Positions 1 to 9,257 are shown, counted from the stretch's first letter. The stretch: DNA of 64,000 nt from an uncultured Gammaproteobacteria bacterium (GCA_964616855.1 CAZTUJ010000001.1:3872-67871), one strand, 5' to 3'. Program-made: numbers and translations. The notes: a model not told the origin generated them from the sequence alone.

Positions 1-1052
1 GAAATTTTAAAACTTTATTTTTACTCAGCACCGAAGTTTCTTTAGTCTATAAAGATGGAGGCAAAGCTCGGCGCATTCATTTAGTAGTGCATGCTCCTAA
101 TTTAGCGGCCGTTGCTTCTTTGAATAAATATTTAGACGCTAAATATAATATCCGTTCGGATGGTCGGCCGATTTTAGGGATGAGTGCTCCTGATTTTGTT
201 CGCGTTTGTTTACAAATTAGTCCGCAGTTTTTAATATATCCGGCCCACATTTGGACTCCTTGGTATGCTGTTTTTGGCTCGAAGTCGGGCTTTAATTCTC
301 TAGAAGAATGTTTTCACGAACAAACAGAATTTATCTATGCTTATGAAACCGGTTTATCAAGCGACCCGGAAATGAATTGGCGTCTCAGTGCTCTTGATAA
401 TTTAACCTGTCTGTCTAATTCTGATGCCCATAGTTTAGAAAATATTGGTCGCGAGGCTAGCATCATGTCGCTAGCGGAAGACCGCTATGAGCATATTTTC
501 CAGATTATTAAAGAACATCGTCGCAGTTTAGATTTAAAAACAGAGGGGATGATGGCAACGATTGAATTCTACCCAGAAGAAGGAATGTATCATTGGGATG
601 GTCATCGCGATTGCAATTTTAGTTGTGCGCCGACGGAGAGCCACCACTTGAAGGGTTTGTGTCCCCGTTGCGGCCGCTCACTCGTCATTGGTGTTTCCAG
701 CCGAGTAGAAGATTTAGCGGACCGTCCTCTCGGTTTTCGTCCGGTAACAGCAACGCCTTTTCAGCGGCTGGTGGAGTTGGATAAAATTATCGCCGAGTCT
801 TTAAATATAAAAAATCGGCAAGCACGTAAAGTCGTTGCGGTCTATAACGAATTATTAGATCAATTTGGTTCGGAACTTTCTATTTTATTAGATTTAGATT
901 TAGATAAGTTGAAGGCAGTTAATCCACGAGTAGCCCTTGGCTTGAGTCGCGTTCGCTGTGGTGAGTTATTTATTAAACCCGGTTTTGATGGCCAGTATGG
1001 TCAGGTCCGAGTTTTTTCTGAAGACGAATTACAACCGGTTACTTTATTTTAA
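1..1052 (+). CDS. Endonuclease Q-like (TIGR00375-type) nuclease, 5'-truncated by window edge
   Basis: The reading frame of the 87..1052 ORF stays open back to base 3, so the gene begins upstream of the window. A CPRCGRS zinc-knuckle-like motif and the C-terminal FIKPGFDGQYGQVRVF motif resemble the EndoQ family. This is recalled similarity only. Confidence 0.5.
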   Translation, partial: NFKTLFLLSTEVSLVYKDGGKARRIHLVVHAPNLAAVASLNKYLDAKYNIRSDGRPILGMSAPDFVRVCLQISPQFLIYPAHIWTPWYAVFGSKSGFNSLEECFHEQTEFIYAYETGLSSDPEMNWRLSALDNLTCLSNSDAHSLENIGREASIMSLAEDRYEHIFQIIKEHRRSLDLKTEGMMATIEFYPEEGMYHWDGHRDCNFSCAPTESHHLKGLCPRCGRSLVIGVSSRVEDLADRPLGFRPVTATPFQRLVELDKIIAESLNIKNRQARKVVAVYNELLDQFGSELSILLDLDLDKLKAVNPRVALGLSRVRCGELFIKPGFDGQYGQVRVFSEDELQPVTLF

Positions 1053-1056
1053 AATT

Positions 1057-1536
1057 ATGCGACGCATTCTATCGCAAATTGTCATTCTTATTCTCTTCTT
1101 GTTCCTTACGGTCTTTGCCGCGGTTTGGTTTGAAGATACGGGCGGTGATGAAGAGCGGGAAGTAGAAAGAGCCCATTCTTTATTATGGCTCGTTCAAGCC
1201 GGTAAAAAGACTTGGCAGATTATTGATGGTATTTCTAATCTTTCCCCTGAAAGTTATCAAGCTGAGAATGCTATCGAAAATGAAGATTCCGGAGCCAGTA
1301 TTGATGATAGTGAAATGTTAGTGATGGCTGGTGACGCGATGGCTTTAGCCGAAAATTTTGACACTAGCTATTCTGAGGACGGGAGCGGAGTTGTTGATGG
1401 TAGTTTTCGTGAATTTTTAGCTAATATTTTCAAAAAAGCCCCGGAAAGATATCTTGATACTAAGATTTACAGCAACGGCTGGCGTAATTTTGGCTCTCTT
1501 TACTGGCTGAAATATCAAGAATTGAAGCCGGAATAG
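1057..1536 (+). CDS. Hypothetical N-terminally membrane-anchored acidic protein (159 aa)
   Basis: The ATG at 1057 lies 5 nt after the upstream stop. It is followed by a hydrophobic helix (ILSQIVILILFLFLTVFAAVWF) and then an acidic D/E-rich region. The longer 958 start would overlap the previous gene. I recognise no family. Confidence 0.55.
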   Translation: MRRILSQIVILILFLFLTVFAAVWFEDTGGDEEREVERAHSLLWLVQAGKKTWQIIDGISNLSPESYQAENAIENEDSGASIDDSEMLVMAGDAMALAENFDTSYSEDGSGVVDGSFREFLANIFKKAPERYLDTKIYSNGWRNFGSLYWLKYQELKPE

Positions 1537-1709
1537 GTTTTTATTCCTGTTAAAAAAAGATTTTTTATAGTATAATTAAGTGCGCCGCTATTAAGTTTTT
1601 ACTAATAGTTTAAGTCAGGGTTAACAGCGGTCTGATACTCTTAATTTATTAATAAGTAACGCGCGCCTTTGAGCGGTGAATAATATTTTCCCGTTCCGGT
1701 GCTATTTGT

Positions 1710-2780
1710 ATGCCTAAAGATAAAAAAAGCGCAGAAGAAAAGGATGAGGCCGTCAGCGCTGCGGCTCATGATAAGAAAGCGGAAGCAGCGGCTAACGCCA
1801 TGGAGCAGATTAAAACTAAATTTGGTGATGGCGCTATTATGAAATTTGGTGACATCCGGAAAACTAATGTCGACGCTATCCCTACTGGTTGTTTATCGCT
1901 TGATTTAGCTTTTGGCATCGGCGGTGTTCCGCGCGGACGGGTAATTGAAATTTTTGGCCCGGAATCTTCTGGAAAAACTACACTTGCTCAACATATTGTG
2001 GCTGAAGTGCAGAAACTTGGCGGTATCGCCGCTTTCGTTGACGCAGAGCACGCTTTAGATCCTGACTATGCAGCTAAAATCGGAGTTGATGTTAAAGAAT
2101 TATTAATCTCTCAACCTGATTCTGGAGAACAGGCTTTAGAGATTGTGGAAACCTTGGTCCGCTCCAATGCGGTTGATGTGATTGTGGTTGATAGCGTGGC
2201 TGCTTTAGTACCGCAGAAAGAAATTGAAGGCGAGATGGGTGATCAGCATATGGGTTTACAGGCTCGCCTAATGAGCCAGGCTCTACGTAAATTAACCGGC
2301 GCGATTGCTAAGACTAAAACCAGTGTTATTTTCATTAATCAGATTCGTAATAAAATTGGCGTGTTCTTCGGCAACCCAGAAACCACTACTGGCGGTAATG
2401 CTTTGAAATTCTATTGCTCCGTGCGCGTGGAAGTACGCAAGGCCGCTCAGATTAAACAGGGTGAAGCGATTATTGGTAATCGCGTTAAGGTAAAAATTGT
2501 GAAAAATAAAGTAGCCGCTCCTTTCCGTACTTGTGAATTTGATATCATGTATAATGAAGGTATTTCTGTGGCTGGTGATCTCGTTGATACGGGTGTCGAG
2601 TATGGCGTTATTAAAAAGAACGGCAACTCTTTTTCCTTCGGTGATATTAAAGTCGGTGTTGGCCGAGAGAATGCCAAAAAGACCATCAAGGAAGACAAGA
2701 AATTGCAAGCGGAAATTCGCAAAGCTATCTTAGCCGAAGTAAAAAGTAAGGAAATTGAAGCGGCTGGTGGTAAGAAATAA
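1710..2780 (+). CDS. recA: Recombinase RecA
   Basis: 356 aa with Walker [12 protein letters not shown] and the typical RecA core ([38 protein letters not shown]). Confidence 0.97.
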   Translation: MPKDKKSAEEKDEAVSAAAHDKKAEAAANAMEQIKTKFGDGAIMKFGDIRKTNVDAIPTGCLSLDLAFGIGGVPRGRVIEIFGPESSGKTTLAQHIVAEVQKLGGIAAFVDAEHALDPDYAAKIGVDVKELLISQPDSGEQALEIVETLVRSNAVDVIVVDSVAALVPQKEIEGEMGDQHMGLQARLMSQALRKLTGAIAKTKTSVIFINQIRNKIGVFFGNPETTTGGNALKFYCSVRVEVRKAAQIKQGEAIIGNRVKVKIVKNKVAAPFRTCEFDIMYNEGISVAGDLVDTGVEYGVIKKNGNSFSFGDIKVGVGRENAKKTIKEDKKLQAEIRKAILAEVKSKEIEAAGGKK

Positions 2781-2795
2781 AATTATTTAAAAGCT

Positions 2796-2826
2796 AACAG
2801 GCGCCTTCCTCGGCGCCTGTTATTTG
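2796..2826 (+). terminator. Intrinsic terminator after recA
   Basis: Perfect 10-bp stem AACAGGCGCC / GGCGCCTGTT with a 6-nt loop, followed by ATTTG. Confidence 0.75.
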
Positions 2827-2830
2827 TACT

Positions 2831-3511
2831 ATGACTTATATTCTCTCAGTTGGCGGTTCTTTAATCGCTCCTGCTGGTGGTATCGATACCGTTTTTCTTA
2901 AAGCTTTTCGCCGTTTTGTCCTTAATCGTTATGACGCTGGCGACCGTTTAATTATTGTGGCTGGGGGCGGCACCACTGCGCGACAGTATGTCCAAGCGGC
3001 TTCCGCCGTTGAGAAAGTACCGGAAGAGGATCAAGACTGGCTGGGAATTCACGCCACTCGCCTCAATGCTCATTTGGTCCGCACCTTATTACGCGATTTA
3101 GCCCATCCAGAAATTATTACTAATCCCACTAAGCCTTTGCCCACCCGGTCGCGGGTACTAGTGGCGGGAGGCTATCGTCCCGGTTGGTCAACTGACTATG
3201 TTGCCGTTCTTTTGGCGGAAAAATATAAGGCGAAAACGGTGATTAATCTTTCCAATATTGATTATGTCTATGCGCAAGATCCCCGTAAATTTCCGCAGGC
3301 TAAAGTTATTAAAGATATTACTTGGGAAGATTTTCGCTTAATTGTCGGTGACCAATGGCACCCCGGACTCAATGCTCCTTTTGATCCGATTGCCTCCCGT
3401 CTAGCTCAAGAAAAAAAACTGCGGGTTGCCGTCTTGAATGGTCACAAGCTAGCAAACGTCCAGAAGTTTTTAGATGGTGGTAATTTTCAGGGGACTTTAA
3501 TTCATCCTTAA
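2831..3511 (+). CDS. pyrH: UMP kinase, short archaeal-type (amino acid kinase fold)
   Basis: 226 aa. The N-terminal SVGGS and later VAGGG glycine motifs and the overall length match the archaeal-type uridylate kinase. Confidence 0.7.
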   Translation: MTYILSVGGSLIAPAGGIDTVFLKAFRRFVLNRYDAGDRLIIVAGGGTTARQYVQAASAVEKVPEEDQDWLGIHATRLNAHLVRTLLRDLAHPEIITNPTKPLPTRSRVLVAGGYRPGWSTDYVAVLLAEKYKAKTVINLSNIDYVYAQDPRKFPQAKVIKDITWEDFRLIVGDQWHPGLNAPFDPIASRLAQEKKLRVAVLNGHKLANVQKFLDGGNFQGTLIHP

Positions 3512-3528
3512 AATATTTTGCTTTTAAA

Positions 3529-3560
3529 CAAAAAAGAACGCTTTTAGGCGTTCTTTTTTG
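3529..3560. terminator. Bidirectional intrinsic terminator between convergent pyrH and adk
   Basis: A-run, then stem AGAACGC / GCGTTCT with loop TTTTAG, then a T-run. It reads as a terminator on both strands. Confidence 0.8.
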
Positions 3561-3577
3561 TTATGGTTATTTTATCA

Positions 3578-4132
3578 TTAGATTCTTTGTGTCAGACGCT
3601 GGTAAACTTCCTCGATTGTGCCTTCGCCATCAACGCTGATCAAGCGTCCGCTTGCAGCATAGAAATCAAGTAAGGGTTGGGTTTGAGCCGTATAGACACG
3701 GAAACGATTTTTTATAGTCGTCTCGTTATCATCAGCGCGGCCAGTTTCGCGGCCACGTGCGATGAGTCTAGTGATTAGGTTGTCTTCACTTACCTCCAAA
3801 TTTAATATCAACGGGAGAGCCTTTGCGGCAAGGAGTACATCCAAGCTTTGTGCTTGGCGGAGGGTGCGAGGATAGCCATCAAAAATAAAACCGGCCGCAA
3901 GTCCGTTTTCTTCTATCTTATTTTTGATAATTCCGTCCACGATTTCATCGTCGACTAGTTCTCCTCGCGCCATTATGTCTTGCACTCTTTGTCCGATTGG
4001 TGTTTGGCGGGAAACTTCTTCCCGCAATAGCGCTCCAGTAGAGAGGTGTTCTAAATTAAGCGTAGACGCGATTTTTTGGGCTTGAGTCCCTTTGCCTGCC
4101 CCTGGCGGTCCGAATATAATAAAATTACGCAT
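3578..4132 (-). CDS. adk: Adenylate kinase (short-lid form)
   Basis: 184 aa with P-loop GPPGAGKGTQA and FDGYPRT. No Cys4 zinc lid is present. Confidence 0.93.
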   Translation of the reverse strand: MRNFIIFGPPGAGKGTQAQKIASTLNLEHLSTGALLREEVSRQTPIGQRVQDIMARGELVDDEIVDGIIKNKIEENGLAAGFIFDGYPRTLRQAQSLDVLLAAKALPLILNLEVSEDNLITRLIARGRETGRADDNETTIKNRFRVYTAQTQPLLDFYAASGRLISVDGEGTIEEVYQRLTQRI

Positions 4133-4163
4133 AGATATTTGAATAATGAACCGCTAATCAAAG

Positions 4164-4236
4164 TGCGCCCAGAGGGATTCGAACCCACGACCGTCTCCTT
4201 AAGAGGGAGCTGCTCTACCAACTGAGCTATAGGCGC
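4164..4236 (-). tRNA. tRNA-Lys (anticodon CTT)
   Basis: Reverse complement GCGCCTATAGCTCAGTTGGTAGAGCAGCTCCCTCTTAAGGAGACGGTCGTGGGTTCGAATCCCTCTGGGCGCA folds as a cloverleaf. The anticodon loop is CTCTTAA and the T-loop is GGTTCGAATCC. No CCA is encoded. Confidence 0.9.
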
Positions 4237-4253
4237 TTGTTTAGGTGTTAATG

Positions 4254-4327
4254 TGGCTGGGGAGGGGCTCGAACCCTCGACCTTAGCGTTATGAGTGCTA
4301 CGCTCTAACCAGCTGAGCTACCCAGCC
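4254..4327 (-). tRNA. tRNA with CAT anticodon (elongator Met or lysidine-dependent Ile2)
   Basis: Reverse complement GGCTGGGTAGCTCAGCTGGTTAGAGCGTAGCACTCATAACGCTAAGGTCGAGGGTTCGAGCCCCTCCCCAGCCA. The 1:72 position is paired (G1:C72) and the anticodon loop is CTCATAA. I cannot separate Met from Ile2 by eye. Confidence 0.85.
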
Positions 4328-4405
4328 ATATTTTGTCGGATTTATTCCGTTATCTGCCCGCTGACAGAGACGGAAGAGCTACTCAGCCCGACCACGCACA
4401 GGTCT

Positions 4406-4434
4406 ATTATATTTATCCCTTGCCCAAGAGTCAA
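4406..4434 (-). promoter_or_regulatory. Near-consensus sigma70 promoter inside the tRNA cluster (minus strand)
   Basis: Minus strand reads TTGACT (4434..4429), a 17-nt spacer, then TATAAT (4411..4406). It points toward the CAT tRNA. Confidence 0.7.
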
Positions 4435-4454
4435 GACCTAAGGACTCTAGATTG

Positions 4455-4528
4455 TGCTCCGGAGAGGACTCGAACCTCTAACCTTGTGGTCCGAAGCCAC
4501 ACACTCTATCCAATTGAGCTACCGGAGC
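4455..4528 (-). tRNA. tRNA-Arg (anticodon TCG)
   Basis: Reverse complement GCTCCGGTAGCTCAATTGGATAGAGTGTGTGGCTTCGGACCACAAGGTTAGAGGTTCGAGTCCTCTCCGGAGCA. The anticodon stem is TGTGG/CCACA and the loop is CTTCGGA. Confidence 0.9.
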
Positions 4529-4577
4529 ATTGATATTATTTCCTCGCAGCCTTTTAAAAAAGGGTTTGATAGGCACA

Positions 4578-4606
4578 AGGCTTGCCCGGAAACACCGGGC
4601 AAGCCT
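4578..4606 (-). terminator. Strong hairpin downstream of hup (possible terminator or processing site)
   Basis: Perfect 12-bp stem AGGCTTGCCCGG / CCGGGCAAGCCT with a 5-nt loop. The T-run on the minus strand is displaced by about 15 nt, so it may not act as a classical terminator. Confidence 0.45.
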
Positions 4607-4628
4607 GATGGGAAATAATCTATTAAAT

Positions 4629-4916
4629 TTATCGCTTGCCCTTGAGCGCCTGTTTCAGATTGTAGCCAGTTTTAAACTTAGCCACTTTGACTGCCGGAAT
4701 GGTAATTCTTTCTTTCGGATTTTGAGGATTAACTCCGCCTCGAGAATAGCGAACACGAGAAAGGAAGGTGCCGAAACCGGTGATGGTCACCTCGCGGTCA
4801 TTTTTTAATTCCTCGATGATGGTGTCGGTAAGAACATCAAGCATCTTTTCTGCTTGCTTTTTGTTCAAGCCCTCCACTTCACGATAGAGCTTGTCGATGA
4901 GTTGCGCTTTATTCAT
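4629..4916 (-). CDS. hup: HU family DNA-binding protein
   Basis: The 95-aa product MNKAQLIDKL...GFGTF...NPQNPKERITIPA is a typical HU/IHF fold sequence. I chose the ATG at 4916 over the upstream TTG at 4937. Confidence 0.9.
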   Translation of the reverse strand: MNKAQLIDKLYREVEGLNKKQAEKMLDVLTDTIIEELKNDREVTITGFGTFLSRVRYSRGGVNPQNPKERITIPAVKVAKFKTGYNLKQALKGKR

Positions 4917-4964
4917 ATATTTGGCGCCAGACCCCAAAGTGGAGCCGGAGGCGTTAATTATAAT

Positions 4965-6500
4965 TTATCGGGCGTATTCAATTACCCTGGTTTCCCGGAT
5001 AACGTTAATTTTAATCTCTCCTGGATATTTTAGCTCACTTTCAATCTTTTTGGCAATATCCCGGGCTAAGTTATGAGCTTTGAGGTCATCGACTGCTTCC
5101 GGCTTAACAAAGACTCTCACTTCGCGGCCAGCCTGGATAGCATAAGCTTTTTCAATCCCGTCAAAGGTGGTAGCAATTTTTTCTAGCTCTTCTAAGCGTT
5201 GGATGTAGTTTTCGTGGCTATCACTACGAGCGCCGGGACGGGCGGAGGAAATGGCATCGGCGACTTTGACGATGACGGAAATTAAGCCGTCAGGCTGGTC
5301 GTCATGGTGAGTGGCAATCGGAGCAATAATTTCTGGGGGTAAATTGAATTTTTTAGCAATATCGCGCCCAATCTCGGTATGATTTCCTTGGACTTCGTGG
5401 TCAACCGCTTTGCCGATATCGTGGAGTAAACCGCCTTTTTTAGCCAAGGTAACGTCAGCGCCTAGTTCTTCGGCGAGCATGGCTGCTAGATGAGCCACTT
5501 CAATGGAATGACTCAAAGTATTTTGACCATAGCTGGTGCGGTATTTTAAGCGACCGAGAATTTGCACTAGTTTAGGATCAAAGCCGGTAACACCGACTTC
5601 ATACATTGCTTCTTCACCAGCTTTTTTAATATCAACGGCTAATTCTTTTTTAGCCATTTCGACCGCGTCTTCAATTTTGGTAGGATGAATACGTCCGTCT
5701 TTAATTAAATAATCTAAAGTCTTTTTGGCGATGTGGCGGCGGATTAAAGAGAATCCAGATACGGTAATAGCGTTAGGGGTGTCATCAACAATGATTTCCA
5801 CACCAGTCATTTGTTCAATTGCTTTGATGTTGCGACCCTCGCGGCCGATGATGCGACCCTTCATTTCGTCATTAGGCAGATCGATGGTGGTGGTGGTTAA
5901 TTCGACGGTATAGGAGGAAACCATTCTTTGCATGGCTAGAGCCATAATGTCTTTAGCCTTCTCCTCGAGCTTATCGTTAGAATCATCTTCTAATTTTTTA
6001 ATCCTTACCATTAAGTCTTCAGCGGACTTTTCTTCAACATTCTTTAAAAGTAGGTCTTTAGCCTCATCTTGGCTTAAGCGGGCAACTTCCTCTAATTTAT
6101 TTAGCTGTTCCTCTTTAATGGCTTTAATTCTTTCCTTAATCTCCTGGACTTCATTTACTTTGTCGTAAAGTTTTTGTTGTTTTTCTTGAAGGTCCAACAG
6201 TTTCTGGGAGAAAGAGTTTTCCCTCTGCTCTAAACGGCTTTGGAGGCCATTTATTTCTTTACGGCGTTGGGCTTCTTCATTTTTAGCTTCGTCAATTATC
6301 TTTAAAGCTTTGTCTTGAGCTTTAAGTAAGAGCTCTTTTTCTTTAATCCTCGCATCATTAAGGATTTTTTCTGCCTTATTTTGCGAATTTTCCACTTTTT
6401 GGCTGGATTTTTTTTGGTGGAACCAGGTGCCAATAAAAAAACCACCCACGGCAACAATAGCGGCAATTACATATTCCATAAAAGTAAAGACCGAAGACAA
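4965..6500 (-). CDS. rny: Ribonuclease Y
   Basis: 511 aa with an N-terminal TM helix, a coiled-coil K/E-rich region, a KH domain (IIGREGRNIKAIE) and an HD domain (LLHDIGKA). Confidence 0.93.
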   Translation of the reverse strand: MSSVFTFMEYVIAAIVAVGGFFIGTWFHQKKSSQKVENSQNKAEKILNDARIKEKELLLKAQDKALKIIDEAKNEEAQRRKEINGLQSRLEQRENSFSQKLLDLQEKQQKLYDKVNEVQEIKERIKAIKEEQLNKLEEVARLSQDEAKDLLLKNVEEKSAEDLMVRIKKLEDDSNDKLEEKAKDIMALAMQRMVSSYTVELTTTTIDLPNDEMKGRIIGREGRNIKAIEQMTGVEIIVDDTPNAITVSGFSLIRRHIAKKTLDYLIKDGRIHPTKIEDAVEMAKKELAVDIKKAGEEAMYEVGVTGFDPKLVQILGRLKYRTSYGQNTLSHSIEVAHLAAMLAEELGADVTLAKKGGLLHDIGKAVDHEVQGNHTEIGRDIAKKFNLPPEIIAPIATHHDDQPDGLISVIVKVADAISSARPGARSDSHENYIQRLEELEKIATTFDGIEKAYAIQAGREVRVFVKPEAVDDLKAHNLARDIAKKIESELKYPGEIKINVIRETRVIEYAR

Positions 6501-6782
6501 GAAAGCGGGTGGCGCAATAACAAAATTAAAATTTTCCTTAGATTAAGGTTTTTTGGGAGTATAAATAAAGCTGGGGACAGATGGAGTGAAACATCGGTAA
6601 GGCAAATTTTAAATATAAGATGAAAAGCGAGAAAGGGGTAAGCGGTTATCTACGGGCGGCAGGAGCTGCCAAAAACCGCGCTTATCTTGAATTACGGTTA
6701 ATTAATAAATTGCTAAGTAATATTAGTAATTATCTTAGCAAGTATTTTTGGCTTTGTAAAGTGATTTTTAGCCTGTTTTTTA

Positions 6783-6811
6783 TTGACTAAATTTAAAAAA
6801 TAAAGTAATAT
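6783..6811 (+). promoter_or_regulatory. Sigma70-type promoter upstream of infB
   Basis: TTGACT (6783-6788), a 17-nt spacer, then TAATAT (6806-6811). Confidence 0.55.
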
Positions 6812-6863
6812 TTAGAAATAATTAATATAAAATCGTCTAAAATAGGCGTTTGCCAAATTTTTT

Positions 6864-8846
6864 ATGAATATTACTGAATTAGCTCGTATTCTCCGAATTT
6901 CTCCCCAAGAATTGCGCGATCTCCTGCCGGAGCTCGGCTTTGCTATTGGTCAGAAAGCAATTAAGGTTGATAACAATACAGCTAAGAAAATTATTAAAAA
7001 TTGGCCAATTTTTAGACGTCAATGGGAGCAGCGCAAGGCTGTCGAACGGGCGCGGAAGCAAGATGAAGCGATTTTACCCAAAGAGAAGAAAACAATTTAT
7101 ATCCCTAGTGTTATTACTGTTCGGGCTTTGGCGGAAGTTTCTCAGATTCCGGTTAACCGGCTTTTAACAGAATTGATCAAGAACGGTGTTTTTGCCTCTA
7201 TTAATGAGAAGATTGATTTTGACGCCGCTTCCATCATTGGTAGTGATTTGAATTTAGATGTGCAATTATTAGCTGAAGATGAGGATGGTGGCGAAGCGGA
7301 AGAAAAGAAATTGCAGGATATTTTAGATTTAGAAAAACCCGAAGATATGCAGAGCCGCCCCCCGGTGGTGGTAGTGATGGGTCACGTTGATCACGGGAAG
7401 ACCAAACTTTTAGATTCTATCCGCTTAAGTAATGTGATTGCCGGTGAAGCTGGCGGTATTACTCAGCATATTGGTGCTTATCAAGTTAGTCGTAAGGACA
7501 AGCGCCTGACCTTTATTGACACTCCCGGCCATGAAGCTTTCACGGCAATGCGTAGTCGCGGTGCCAAGGTCGCTGATATTGCGATTTTAGTGGTGGCGGC
7601 TGATGACGGAGTAAAACCACAGACGGTTGAAGCTTTTCGGATTATTGAGGCGGCTAAGCTGCCATTTTTAGTAGCAATTAATAAAATTGATAAGCCGGAG
7701 TCTGATGTGATGCGGACAAAACAGGATTTAGCCAATCAGTTAAATATTACACCCGAAGATTGGGGTGGTAAGACTGTCTGTGTTCCTATTTCTGCTAAGG
7801 AAGGTACTGGCATCGAAGAACTTCTAGATATGTTAATTTTAACTGCGGATGCCGAATTAGGGGATTCCCTGCAGGCTAATCCAGATGCAGAAGCAGCTGG
7901 GACGGTGGTTGAATCTAATGTTGATAAGGCGGCTGGTCCGGTGGCGACTATTTTAATCCAAAATGGTACTCTGCACGTCGGTGATCAACTTTGTTTTGAA
8001 GATATTGTTTATGGCAAGGTTAAATCTCTGAAGAATCATAAAGGTGAAAATATTGAAGAAGCCGGACCTTCGGTGCCGGTCAAGATTTTAGGCCTGAAAA
8101 TTTCTCCTTCTGTTGGCGATATTCTTTACGTTGGCGACGGCAAGAAAGTGAAGATGCGCAAGATTAAGAGTACTGACATCAAAAAAGAAAAGATTATGTC
8201 CATTGCCCAGCAAGAAAATGGCGACGACAATATTCCTAAGGTTAATGTCTTAGTAAAGAGCGATTTCTTAGGTTCTGCTGAGGCGATTGAAGAGTCTTTG
8301 ATGAAGATTAACACCGAAAGAGTAAAGGTAAAAATTGTGGCTAAAGGTTTGGGCAATGTTACCGAAGGTGACGTTAACCGTGCTGGTGACTCCAGCGCTC
8401 AAATTATCTGTTTCAATACGAAGATGCCGCCTAATGTAGAAAATTTAGCACGAACTAAAAATATCCCTGTGCACTCTTTTTCAATTATTTACGATCTCAT
8501 TAAGCACGTGAAGGCCGAGATGCAAAAATTAGTGCCGGTCGAAGTTACTCGCGTTCATTTGGGTAAACTAAAGGTCTTGGCAATTTTCCGTACCGAAAAG
8601 CAGCATCAGATTGTTGGTGGTAAAGTTATTTCTGGTAGTCCAGAAAATAATGTGATGATTAATGTTTGGCGCGGTGAAGAATTTATTACTACCGGCAAGA
8701 TTACCAGTCTGCAGTCAGCTAAGCAGGAGGTGAAATTTGTGGAAGAAGGGGAAGAATGTGGTTTGAAATTTGAAGGCCAACCTTTAATTCAGGAAGCGGA
8801 TATTTTAGAATTTTATCGCGACGACAGCAGTATCGCTACTTTATAA
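6864..8846 (+). CDS. infB: Translation initiation factor IF-2
   Basis: 660 aa with GTPase motifs [19 protein letters not shown] and NKID, plus the C-terminal IF2 domains. Confidence 0.97.
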   Translation: MNITELARILRISPQELRDLLPELGFAIGQKAIKVDNNTAKKIIKNWPIFRRQWEQRKAVERARKQDEAILPKEKKTIYIPSVITVRALAEVSQIPVNRLLTELIKNGVFASINEKIDFDAASIIGSDLNLDVQLLAEDEDGGEAEEKKLQDILDLEKPEDMQSRPPVVVVMGHVDHGKTKLLDSIRLSNVIAGEAGGITQHIGAYQVSRKDKRLTFIDTPGHEAFTAMRSRGAKVADIAILVVAADDGVKPQTVEAFRIIEAAKLPFLVAINKIDKPESDVMRTKQDLANQLNITPEDWGGKTVCVPISAKEGTGIEELLDMLILTADAELGDSLQANPDAEAAGTVVESNVDKAAGPVATILIQNGTLHVGDQLCFEDIVYGKVKSLKNHKGENIEEAGPSVPVKILGLKISPSVGDILYVGDGKKVKMRKIKSTDIKKEKIMSIAQQENGDDNIPKVNVLVKSDFLGSAEAIEESLMKINTERVKVKIVAKGLGNVTEGDVNRAGDSSAQIICFNTKMPPNVENLARTKNIPVHSFSIIYDLIKHVKAEMQKLVPVEVTRVHLGKLKVLAIFRTEKQHQIVGGKVISGSPENNVMINVWRGEEFITTGKITSLQSAKQEVKFVEEGEECGLKFEGQPLIQEADILEFYRDDSSIATL

Positions 8847-8847
8847 T

Positions 8848-9210
8848 ATGGCCAAAGTCGAGCAGTTGAATGAACTAATACACCGCGAACTTTCCATCGC
8901 CATCAATCGGGAGTTAGAATTTCCGGAAGCTTTTATTACCGTGGTTTATGTTTCTTGTAATCCTGATTTGCAATTTGCCAAAGTGGGTGTTTCGGTTTTA
9001 CCTGACCGTTTAGCGGGCACGGCTTTAAAGAAGCTAAAGTCTTCCTCTGGCCGTCTGGCCTCGGCTATTACTAAGAATACGCGTTTGCGTAAAGTGCCGC
9101 GCTTGCTTTGGGAATTTGATCCCACCGAGAGAAAGGCGGCAGTTTTAGAAGAATTTTTTCTTAAAATTGAAGAAGATGACGATGAGGCGCCACCGATTTC
9201 TATTGTTTAA
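8848..9210 (+). CDS. rbfA: Ribosome-binding factor A
   Basis: 120 aa, starting 1 nt after the infB stop. It has an RbfA-like KH-type sequence (VSVLPDRL...VPRLLWEFD) and an acidic C-terminus. Confidence 0.85.
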   Translation: MAKVEQLNELIHRELSIAINRELEFPEAFITVVYVSCNPDLQFAKVGVSVLPDRLAGTALKKLKSSSGRLASAITKNTRLRKVPRLLWEFDPTERKAAVLEEFFLKIEEDDDEAPPISIV

Positions 9211-9229
9211 TCTTAATGATTTACTCTTT

Positions 9230-9257
9230 CCGCCCCCTGAGGGGGGCGGATTTTTTT
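9230..9257 (+). terminator. Intrinsic terminator after rbfA
   Basis: Stem CCGCCCCC / GGGGGCGG with loop TGAG, followed by ATTTTTTT. Confidence 0.85.

Noticed and set aside
958-1056. Longer N-terminus (start at 958) for the 1057..1536 gene
   Set aside because: It would overlap the 3' end of the EndoQ-like gene by about 95 nt in another frame. The ATG at 1057 sits just after that gene's stop and precedes the TM helix.
2292-2733. ORFs antisense to or out of frame within recA (138 aa, 91 aa, 66 aa)
   Set aside because: They lie entirely inside the well-supported recA reading frame. Their composition is low-complexity and typical of shadow ORFs, and they have no start-site signals.
4335-4400. 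Possible small SRP (4.5S) RNA, because GGCAGATAACG resembles part of the E. coli 4.5S helix
   Set aside because: The element is too short. It also lacks the conserved domain IV features (GNRA tetraloop flanked by the symmetric and asymmetric loop sequences such as GGAA...AGCAG), so the similarity is probably coincidental.
4333-4808. Plus-strand ORFs 4333..4533 and 4530..4808
   Set aside because: They run across tRNA-Arg, a promoter/hairpin region and the antisense of hup. The tRNAs and the HU gene on the minus strand explain the sequence better.
5725-6623. Plus-strand ORFs (62-80 aa) within and just upstream of rny
   Set aside because: They are antisense shadow frames of the K/E-rich coiled-coil region of RNase Y, which produces S/L-rich antisense ORFs. 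They have no supporting signals.
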